Shown one piece after another: positions 38,601 through 49,100 of a DNA stretch of 64,000 nucleotides. Within the stretch, counting starts at the first letter, position 1; each line of letters begins with the position of its first letter. Origin of the DNA: Antedon mediterranea. Taxonomy: Eukaryota; Animalia; Echinodermata. Below the pieces are notes generated by a model. The model ran no database searches and had not been told where the DNA came from. It saw nothing but the letters and a program-made list of their open reading frames with translations. The translations under genes were made by a program, and so were the position numbers. The DNA lies in assembly GCF_964355755.1 (NCBI RefSeq), contig NC_092677.1, forward strand, positions 11,368,101 to 11,432,100. The letters are read 5' to 3'.

Positions 38601-41219
38601 TGGTAGTGATATGCTCAAATATGGTAGTGGTATGACATCATATATGGGCACATCACATTTGTCACATAAAGTTTGATAGTGTCTGTGGCATATGCCTTAT
38701 TGTCAACTACACGTTATTTGAAACAAAATCTACTTTGCTTCAATCTAGGACCAAACGACCACCATCCAGGCTACCGACCAATCTGGCCAGGTTTATACCA
38801 TCATTCAGACCCTAGACGGAGAAACACCAGTAGCAGTGACTGAAGGCCAAGCTCAGTCTACTTACACTGAGCTAGAAGTGTCACAGGCAACTGAAGTTGC
38901 CGGCAAGTCTGGAGAGGTTGTCCATGTGGTTGATGCTCCATCTGCTGATGGAACAGAGGAAGTGCAGACACAGGTAGGATATCGCACACTTAGTCTATTT
39001 CATTTGAATTGGCATATTTGATTGAGTAACCACTGTGCTCAACAGACATATCTGTTTAAGTAATTTTTTATTTAAATGGTTAACATAGATTAGCGCAAAA
39101 CTTTTCCTTGATACAGGGTAGCATTTAGCTCTGTCTACACTACCAAACTAGTTTTACAAAAAAGGTGTGATATGCATAAATATGGTAGTGATATGACATG
39201 GGCACATCACATGTTTTTGTCACATAAGGTTTGATAGTGTAGACAGAGCTTTAGAGGCACCCCCTTTTGACAACTATTTTCGGCTATTTTATTATAGGTT
39301 AACACTCCCCCATTAAAAAATCCTTGATCTGTTTCTGCAAAACACCTACTAATAATTGATTGAAATTGGAAATGTAGTTGTGTCACGATTTTTTTAAGCA
39401 GATTGTTATTGTGCGTGAGGTAGACACCGAAGAGGGCAAAGGTCAAGATCACTCCGTTTATGACTTCTACGCTGGTGAAGATGATGACGCGCCGGTCACT
39501 ACCGCAAGCAAGTCAGACAAGGGTGACACACCGAAGAAAGGCAAAAAGTTTGTTGTTCCGAAATTTGATGACGGCCGTCTTATTGATCAGGTTTTTAATC
39601 GTGTGAAGAAGTCGCCTACCAGCCCACGTCAACCAAAGGTTCACGAGTGCAACATGTGTGGCCGTATCTTCAGAACCTCAACACTTCTGAGAAACCACAT
39701 CAACACTCACACCGGAACCAAGCCGTACAAATGTCAGATGTGTGATAAGGCTTTCGGAACATCTGGCGAATTAGGCCGCCATATGAAGTACATACACACT
39801 CACGAAAAACCCCACAAGTGTCCACTATGCGATTATATCAGCGTGGAAGCGAGTAAGATCAAGAGACACATGCGTTCCCATACCGGTGAGAAGCCGTACA
39901 AATGTACTTTGTGCGACTATGCAAGTACCGATAACTACAAGTTGAAACGTCACATGCGTATTCATACTGGAGAGAAGCCATTCCGATGTGGTGAGTGTGA
40001 CCAGTCCTTTTCACAAAAGAGCAGCTTGAAAGAGCACATGTGGAAGCATACTGGAAACCGGCCGCAGCACAAGTGCGAATTCTGTGAAACCAGTTTTGGA
40101 CGTGTTGCCGACATGAAGACCCACATCAAGAAGATGCACACCCAAGGAGAGGCATTGATTTGCAAATTCTGTGAGAATGGATTTACCGATAGATACAGCT
40201 ATACTCAACACATTAAGATGCATCGTGGTGAGAAAATATTTAAGTGTGGCGAGTGCGGTTATATGGCTCCCCAGAAACGCCATCTGATGATACACATGAG
40301 GGTTCACACAGGAGAAAAGCCATACCAATGTACCGATTGCGACGAGACCTTCAAACACCGTCAGACCTGTATCAATCATGCTAGGATTAAGCATGGTCAC
40401 ATTTTGGAGTTCCCCGACTTGAAGCGTAAGAGATCCGAGTCGGAAGACGATTCTCCATCAAAGCGGGTCTCGCGAAGACAGAAGATGATAATAATGGGAG
40501 CTGTTGGCGCTGAAGAGGGAGGGGATGGACAGAGTATTCCTTCAGAAGTTGTCGAGAATGCTATTGGCAGAGTTCTTCAAGAGACTGAAGGAATGAACGT
40601 GGAAGGTGGTGTCCCAGTGACAATTCTGACTGTGACTCAAGGTCCTGATGGTTCAATGCAACAGGTTGAGCAGACGCTGCATGTAGTTGATGGGCAGTTG
40701 ACATCGATCGAAGGCGAAACATCTACTGTTGTTGAAGGGGAAGCTGAAACTACACAAATTACGAACGAACAATTGCAACAGATCCAACAACAGATTCAAC
40801 AGGGTGAAAGCAGTTCCATTGCTACACCAGAACAGTCTCAAGTAGCTGAACAAGCACAAGGCACTGAACAGGCTCAAAGCACTGACCAGGCTCAAGTAGA
40901 CGCACAAGAACAAGGTGCTATGCAAATTGTGATGGAAATAGATGAAAGTGCTCAGAAACAAGAAGTCGAAGAAAACTTGCCACAGACGAGCTCTGAGCAG
41001 ACAGTGGTACAAGAGGTAGAAGAAGTTGAAGCTGCTCCTCCTGCTGAGACAAGCACACTACAGGAACAGGAGCAACCACCACAACAACTCACAGACGAAC
41101 AACAGGCAGCAGCTAATGTTGACATGCAAGAGGTCACTGAAGTTATTGAACAACCAATAGAAGAAGAGATTGAAGAAGATGGGGATAACACCATTTATCT
41201 TTTTGTTGAAGAGCAGTAA
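35676..41219 (+). CDS. CTCF: CCCTC-binding factor CTCF, 6 coding exons: 35676-35813, 36462-36738, 37210-37446, 37924-38165, 38749-38973, 39402-41219 (~978 aa)
   Basis: Nine C2H2 fingers match human ZF2-ZF10 (RTSTLLRNH, TSGELGRH, VEASKIKRH, DNYKLKRH ...), with an SVYDF motif upstream. All five junctions are GT-AG and phase-consistent (0,1,1,0,0). Confidence 0.95.
36860..37200 (+). mobile_element. Decayed SINE in a CTCF intron
   Basis: gtatccttaggcgagatgctttac (CORE-like) followed by gcctcgtcctttggaggtgatgtaaagc. Confidence 0.45.
38480..38685. mobile_element. MITE family A, degenerate ends, expanded internal 20-bp repeat
   Basis: (caaatatggtagtgatatgct)n array and gtttgatagtgt end. Confidence 0.75.
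39127..39250. mobile_element. MITE family A, full TIRs
   Basis: agctctgtctacacta ... tagtgtagacagagct. Confidence 0.85.
39402..41219 (+). CDS. CTCF: CTCF terminal exon with the YDF motif, all nine zinc fingers and an acidic Q/E-rich tail
   Basis: 613-aa ORF 39378..41219; acceptor tttttaagcag| (NAGNAG tandem acceptor). Confidence 0.95.
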   Translation: MVIVREVDTEEGKGQDHSVYDFYAGEDDDAPVTTASKSDKGDTPKKGKKFVVPKFDDGRLIDQVFNRVKKSPTSPRQPKVHECNMCGRIFRTSTLLRNHINTHTGTKPYKCQMCDKAFGTSGELGRHMKYIHTHEKPHKCPLCDYISVEASKIKRHMRSHTGEKPYKCTLCDYASTDNYKLKRHMRIHTGEKPFRCGECDQSFSQKSSLKEHMWKHTGNRPQHKCEFCETSFGRVADMKTHIKKMHTQGEALICKFCENGFTDRYSYTQHIKMHRGEKIFKCGECGYMAPQKRHLMIHMRVHTGEKPYQCTDCDETFKHRQTCINHARIKHGHILEFPDLKRKRSESEDDSPSKRVSRRQKMIIMGAVGAEEGGDGQSIPSEVVENAIGRVLQETEGMNVEGGVPVTILTVTQGPDGSMQQVEQTLHVVDGQLTSIEGETSTVVEGEAETTQITNEQLQQIQQQIQQGESSSIATPEQSQVAEQAQGTEQAQSTDQAQVDAQEQGAMQIVMEIDESAQKQEVEENLPQTSSEQTVVQEVEEVEAAPPAETSTLQEQEQPPQQLTDEQQAAANVDMQEVTEVIEQPIEEEIEEDGDNTIYLFVEEQ

Positions 41220-41977
41220 ATGTATTTCTTCAGAAACACAATTGTATGTACAATACAAATTTTAACATAATGATTCGGTATTATAAATGATTATACAGTG
41301 TATTGCTCTAAATATGCAAATTCCATAACACCATTAAAGTTGATTTAATTGATTTTAGTTGATTTCTAGTGAGCTGGCTGTCCATTGTCCGCTGTCCACC
41401 TGTTAAGATATGCTAAAATCACTTTATCGGGTTCTTGTTTTTAATAGCCAATTGTATCTATAATTTTGCTAGTATCATAGGCAACTAACTAAATACAGAC
41501 ACCATATGTAACACTGTGTTACAGAGTTTGCCTATGGTACTGGGGTGTATTGTACCATATGTGGAGATACAGTACAGAATTGGGTGGAAACAAAATGTAT
41601 TTGTAAATAGTCCTACACTTTCAGTTGATAACATTCACCATTTTGCTTGAGAGCTTCCATATATTGCTAAATTCGTTGTGTAGTGTTTATTTCTGTTCTA
41701 CTTATGTATATAATTTCATTTCTTATGAGCTTCATACTTTTAATAATGTATTTATGTGACTTGATGTCATTTTGTGTGCATTGCTAACTTGTAACATATT
41801 TTGGGTTTTTCGCTTCAATGCTATGTGGAATTTTAAATTATTATTTGTCATGTTTAATAAGAAAATCATCATTGGTATTGTAATTCAGTCTTTTGTATTT
41901 TATGTATAGATATCAATTTTGTAGGTTTTTTTTTTATTAGTTGTTACTGCCACATTAAAAGGGTAGCATTTTCACTA

Positions 41978-42222
41978 CAGTAGAACTCCTATTAAGGGGA
42001 CACCTTCAGGTCCAAACAAACTGTCACCTAAATAGTTTATTGGCCATAGTGGTAAAACATATGTTACCTCATGTTTGATCCACGGGAAAGTGTCTCTTTA
42101 ATAGAACTGTCTCCTGAATTGGGATGTGCCCTGAATTTGGATGTGCCCTGAATTGGGATGTCTCCTGAATTGGGATGTCCGATGTCCTCTGAATTGGGAT
42201 GTCACAAAAAGCCCATCTACTG
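41978..42222. mobile_element. Tc1/mariner-like MITE family B (TIR CAGTAGAACCTCTATTAAGGGGACAC, TA TSD)
   Basis: TA-CAGTAGA ... TCTACTG-TA, internal ~17-bp repeats; lies in the probable CTCF 3' UTR. Confidence 0.7.
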
Positions 42223-42477
42223 TATCTGATTAAAATTGTGAAATTGTAAAAGTTTTATTTATGATTTTAAAAATATACAAACTCGGTTATTAAGTGCATT
42301 CCAAATATAATTTACAAGTGATTTAATGTATTGATACTTTCATGTGTAGCAGTGGTGTTAGAAAATGATATGCACACTAGGTATGTAGTCAATAGTGTTT
42401 TTAACCTACCAAATATTTGTCATAAATAATGCAAAAATGTTAATATCATCAGTATAATGAAAAATGGGAACATAACA

Positions 42478-42545
42478 ATTGACAAGTCAGCTCTCCAATA
42501 GATAAATCAGCTCTTCAATTGATTAATCAGCTCTTCAATTGATTG
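42478..42545. repeat. 20-bp tandem repeat x3
   Basis: (aattgattaatcagctcttc)-like units. Confidence 0.7.
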
Positions 42546-43123
42546 TTGAAAATGTAGCCTGGCGTTTCCTCTGGTCATCGGAGTGATGGTCAATGTGGAT
42601 GTCCAGTATTTTGAATGCATTTTACGTATAGGCATGAATTTAGAATCTCGGAGAGTCTGGTTTGACTGAACACATTTTTGAAAGTTTTTAAAACTGTTAA
42701 GCTAGTGGGTTGTACGTCGTTGTACCTTCTGTTTACTGTAAAGTAAATGTTCATTGAAATTGAATGAAAATATTTGATCGTTTAGAATAAATTTATATAC
42801 TAGTTGTACACATGTTATCGATTTTTTTAAACATTTATGATTTTTAAATGCATTATTATATAGAATAAAGTACAACTGGAGTGATTAGGTTTTGATACAG
42901 TTGGTTTTTTAATGTGTCTATAAAATGTATAATATACCGTAATGTCGATGGCTATCCACAAGCACCCCTCCCCCCCCCCGGCCCCATCTAAAAAAGTTCA
43001 GGAAATGTATTGCGCCCTCACATGTGGGAAACGAAGAGAGAAGCGGTAATTTTGTTTTGATTATTTTTTGAAGAGGAGAGGCCAACAAAAGAGACAGCAA
43101 AAGATGACCTTTTGAGACAAAAT

Positions 43124-46100
43124 ATGAACAAATTTAATAAATACATTTTGTTTGTAGATTTGCTACCAAACAATGGTATGTATAGATATTGCTAAATCTG
43201 TATAACATGTCAAATTTCTTCTTCGGTTCTAGCTAGGCCTAGGCCCTACCTACTTACCTACCTACTACCCTACTATTCTACTAGGCCTACCTAGTTACTA
43301 GTAGTAGTAGTTAGTGTAGTGCTCGTAGGCCTCACTAGATACTAGAGTAGGGCCGGCCGGCCTACTACTGTACTAGCATAGCATATATAGCTGGAGTAAA
43401 AGGCCTAGCCTGGATTGCATTAAACCTTGGATTTGATTTATTTCCAAATAATTATACAATACAGACATCGAAGTAAATTACGGCTACAATGGACAAGCTT
43501 GTTTCGTTGCCTGTGTTTGTACATGTGGTAGGACTATATCAGAGGCTGATAATATAAATGCCAGTTGGACATGGGTCAGCAACAATCACGAATGGAACAG
43601 TCTTTTAGCATGCAATCCGACAAGTTCTGAACGGTCAGTAAATTTAGCTGTGTGCGACATGAACATGTGAATAAGTATTATTAATAAGTATTTAACTCAA
43701 ATTGCAATAATACTGGAATTTAGCAATGTCTTGTGTCTGAATTCAGCACAAGTTAGAGAGTATTAGTAGAGGGCCCCAATGAAAGCATTGCTGTCAGTGA
43801 TCTGGGCTACTTTTGTAAAAGAAGATTAAATTTATATATACTATATTTTTTTTCCCTTTTTTGTACAGGTCATGTGATGATTCTCTTGTAGCTGACCATT
43901 TACACAACTTGGCAAATAAACTACCTCACGCTGGTAAATATTTGTCATCATTATCTGGTCCTAAAGCATTGCAGACTAAATGGTCAATAGTATTACATTA
44001 TTAATACCACAAAACTATGCCCTTATAAAACCCAGTGACCTGAGTAAATAACTGAACAGAATACATACAATTTACAAGCCTGTAATAAAGAAAAGTAAGT
44101 GAAATAAATATTTAATTGTGGATTACATTACTGAGAATAAATAGTTTTCATATTATTTATTTACTATAATTATTAAGGTTATCAGGTTCAAGTTATCTGG
44201 AAATTGCATAAGGATCGTAAGTTAACACTTTGTTCAAACCTACTCATGTTCGGTGCTCTTAAACGGCTACAATGCTGGCATAATGCGCAGATTGTTTGCA
44301 TTTTACCAAAGGATGACGATATGTCTTTAGTACAGTCTTGGATAGACTATCTAGACATTGAGGTATCTAACAATGTTGAGGACATCTTACAGAGAAGATC
44401 AGTATGGCATGGACAGATGTCTTTAACTGATAGAAAGGTATGCCTCACTGTTTTGTGTTAATCTCTTGGTGTCTACACTATCAAACTAGTTTGACAATGT
44501 GATGTGCCCAAATATGGTAGTAATATGACATCGTGTCCATATATGGGCACATCATATTTTGTTTGTCACAAAGTTATATAGTGTAGACAGCTTAACAATT
44601 GAATATCGATCATATTCAATAATTATTCAATTATCTGTTGTATAATGAAATTTTGATTATTATTATGGCCGACATCTGTCGCAAACGACAATGTGGTTGC
44701 CAATTAGTTTTACATTCATCTGAATGATGGATGAAACTAAGCCAGGACTGTTTAAAGCACATTTGGCTGGTCCTAACATTGACCAAGGGTTTCTCTTGCC
44801 CATTACCCACCTTAACCAGAGGAGAGGCCTAATACGTCTGAGGCAGATACCAGATGCAGGAGTTGCCATAAGAGTCAGCACTACTGATTTCAAATGCCTA
44901 ATGGGACCCCAGCACCTGATATTCCCAGATGGTCTTCCATCCAGGATTTTACAGAGTAAAACATTGCTTAACTTCAGTGATCTGACGAGAACTGGTGTTT
45001 CAACGTGGTTAAAAGTATTTAGTACTATTATTAGTGTGAAAAGATCTGGAAGACCAACGCAGTACACCATGGTGTACCGCAAACCTTACTTAAATTGTTG
45101 TATCTTAACCACGAAGCCAAGACTTTGTTGTTGTCAGGTATATACATTTATTTTCAGAATCTAATCAACTGTGTACTACCTGGTTTCTCATTGGTTGATC
45201 TTGGAACGACAACTGAAGATTACGATAATGATGACAATTTGTTGATACATAAGCGTCAGTACATGTCAGTTGTACAAGTTATAAATAAGGATGATGTTCC
45301 TCTAGCTTATATCACACCTCAACATTACAAGCTGTATCCTTCTATGTGTTTAAAAATTATATTTGTATTACAGTAGAACCTCTATTAAGGGGACACTTTC
45401 AGGACCCAACAATGTGTCTCCCTAAAGCTCTGTCTACACTATCAAAAAAAGTACCTAAATTTGGTAGTGATATAACGTCATCATGTCCATGGGCACATCA
45501 CATTTTTTTGTCACATAGTTTGATAGTGTAGACAGAGCTTTAGTAGGGTTGTCTCCGAATAGGCAGTAGGGTTGTCTCCGAATAGGCAGTTGGGGTAGTG
45601 TTAAAAACATATACAGTTTTTCCCCTCGTTGCTTTGCCCCTCCTTAATAGGGTTGTCCCAAAGTAGGAGTGCTATTGTATCATTGTATTGTCTTGGCCCT
45701 CGGTGGATTGACATAGCACCATTGATTATATAAAGTTAATCAAGAAATAAACTTAAAATTTGTTCTTAACTGACACACCTTCAGATCAGTTATGGCAAAT
45801 AGCTGTTGGGTTGATGTGTCTCGCTGTTTCCTTGAGTCCATAACTGAGGATGAAAATATAGCAATGATAGTAACATTAGAATGCCAAAAATTATCAAAGG
45901 CAATGTTGTCGCCACCAGAATGTAGGTCTACCATCAAATGGAAACGTCAGATTTCAGCTAACCCTATGGATTTTAAAGGTAGATACACATTATTTCTAAA
46001 GGTTTTTTGTCAAACTAGTTTGATAGTGTAGACAGAGCTTAAAAGAATTTAATTTACTTTAAATTTTCAGTTCCCGAAGTTGACTTAAGAGGTTCATGGT

Positions 46101-49100
46101 TTAGTATCAATGTGTTACTGTGTAATGATGGCGACGATGGATGTAATGCGTTTGTGTTGTTATCTCCTTCTGACTTCAATGGACATGTTATGGTTGATCT
46201 AGCCAATTTGGCTAACAAATATCAATCAGGTATGTGTGAACAAGGTTTTAATTATGTACAGAATTATATTTATTCAAACTTTTTAACAATTTAAAAAAAA
46301 GAATATTTACATACAGATTTCTTATATTATTATTGGTATTGGAAAAAACAAAATTTATTCAGCACTAATAATAATAATGATAATATCCTGGATTTATAAA
46401 GTGCCTAATGTTGTGAAACCTCTAAGCGCTGTACATATTATTACCCTCGTTATTTTTTTATCTAACACTAATGGAAACATACTCCCATAATGCAGCTAGT
46501 AATCAGTGCATTTATGCACCTGGGTGGAAAGAGGCAAGCGTGAGTAAAGTGTCTTGGCTAAAGATACATGCATATTGAGCGTTAGATTCATACCTACGAT
46601 CTCAAGATAATTAATCCAACACACTGCGTCACACACCCTTGCATACAATACTATATTGCCTCTATATTAACCATAAATCTATTAGGCACTATTTACACAT
46701 CAAACTCATTTGACTCATGTGCCCAAATATGGTATTGATATTCCCAAATATGTTAGTGATATCATCATGTCCATATATGGAAACATCACATTTTCTTGTC
46801 GCATAAAGTTTGATAGCGTAGAGCTTTATACGAATATATAGACTTCTCTTCCCTGACCATCTTCCACATTTTGTTTTGAAAATGTGTACTTTTATGTTTA
46901 ACTTTAGAAGTGAATGAAGATGAACAGGCAATAGAGAAAATTGCGGAGTTGGATGCTGAGAAAGTTGTCAACAGTCAGGATAACATTCCCAAAATACAGA
47001 TAGACATTCTACAGAGATGGTCAGGTAATTTATTTATAGGATTACGATGCAAAAAAAAAAGCATGATTATAAAAACCAAATAAGATATCAACCTGACCCC
47101 TAGATATCAACCTGACCCCTAGATATCAATCTGACACCTAGATATCAACCTGATCCTTAGATATCAACCTGACACCTAGATATCAACCTGAACCCTAGAT
47201 ATCAACCTAATCCCTAGATATCAACCTGACACCTAGATGTCAACCTGAACCCTAGATATCAACCGGACACCTAGATATCAACCTGACACTTAAATATTAA
47301 CCTGACCCCTAGATATCAATCAGGCCCCTAGATATCAACCTGACCCCTAGATATCAACCTGACCCCTAGATATCAACCTGACCCCTAGATATCAACCTAA
47401 TCCCTAGATATCAACCTAATCCCTAGATATCAACCCTAACCCCTAGATATCAACCCTAACCCCTAGATATCAACCTAATTCCTAGATATCAACCCAACCC
47501 CTAGATATCAACCTAATTCCTAGATATCAACCCCAACCCCTAGATATCAACCTAATTCCTAGATATCGACCCCAACCCCTAGATATCAACCTAATTCCTA
47601 GATATCGACCCCAACCCCTAGATATCAACCTAATTCCTAGATATCGACCCCAACCCCTAGATATCAACCTAATTCCTAGATATCGACCCCAACCCCTAGA
47701 TATCAACCTAATCCCTAGATATCGACCCCAACCCCTAGATATCAACCTAATCCCTAGATATCGACCCTAACCCCTAGATATCAACCTAATCCCTAGATAT
47801 CGACCCCAACCCCTAGATATCAACCTAATCCCTAGATATCGACCCTAACCCCTAGATATCAACCTAATCCCTAGATATCGACCCCAACCCCTAGATATCA
47901 ACCTAATCCCTAGATATCAACCCCAACCCCTAGATATCAACCTAATCCCTAGATATCGACCCCAACCCCTAGATATCAACCTAATCCCTAGATATCGACC
48001 CCAACCCCTAGATATCAACCTAATCCCTAGATATCGACCCCAACCCCTAGATATCAACCTAATCCCTAAATAAACTAAGCCTAAACGTAATGATGCTGTT
48101 ATGAATACAGTTTTGAGTAAATTTCTGTCTTTGCACATGTTTATATTTCAGAAGACCAGAAGAATCAGAATCAACAACCTACAATTACGGATGAAGATAT
48201 GAAATGGTTTTTGAATTCTGTGAGAACACAATATTTTAATCGTGCAATAGTTCAAGAGATTCAGTCAACAAGTAACACTGTAAACCAAGATGAAGAGGTT
48301 ACTACAGGTCAGTTGGTTTTTAAATTGTAGTATTACTATATATACACTAAAGCACTGTACATAATGCAACTATGAACCCTCAAATCTTGTGTTTTTGCAT
48401 AATGAGTAAACAAACTGTGTACATTTCATAGGAAATGCTGGAGCACAAGAAAGCTATTTATTACTATGATGTGGTTTAAGTATTACTGAATGTATTGAAT
48501 CGGTGTCATACTGGCTTAATGAATATTATTGAGTACAGTATTGTCTATACTTGGAAATACAAACAATGAATTTATATTTTATTATATTGTCTGATTATTT
48601 TTTCATATTGACTCACTGTGTACCCTTTTGTTTGTTTTTCATTCTAAACCTTGAATAATTTGCCGTCATCATAATCACCACCTTTCCCACCATTTTGTTT
48701 CAGAATTAGATTTGAGTCCGTCATGCTGGGTGGAGCGACAAGCCCTGCAGAGCAAGGAATCTTACATTCGTAAAATGAAGCGGTTCAAATCCTCTGACAG
48801 GTCGCTGGCTGGTATTTCTGCACCACCAGTTGATAGCAGTAAGTACAGAATTTTCCAGCACGCTAACGGCGCACATTGTGGGGAGGTGGGTGAAGGACCT
48901 CAATACATTTTTAGCACCCGCTCCCCACCTCTCTTTCTAATAATTTATAAGCAGCAAATTTTGTAGGACTCCCGCCATACTGTCAAAAACCCTGTTTTAC
49001 TTACTACAGAATTGTATGTCGTTTTGTCTTTACTGTATTATCCTTGTCTTATAGTCTTTATATATATTATTTTTCTTTCTCATTCTTTCATTCAAATTAA

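Larger units (their letters stand above)
45334..45784 (+). other. U12-type (minor spliceosome) GT-AG intron in MTBP
   Basis: Donor GTATCCTT; branch-like TTCTTAAC at 45763-45770, 14 nt before the intron end; little polypyrimidine tract; phase 2 join restores the frame. Confidence 0.8.

Noticed and set aside
44663-45164. 139-aa and 146-aa overlapping ORFs
   Set aside because: They lie over the 5S-derived SINE in an MTBP intron and show no protein motifs.
47527-48138. Repetitive ORFs (LISRGWGRYLGIR)n, and similar (ISLPYL)n ORFs at 38436 and 58582
   Set aside because: These are translations of minisatellites.
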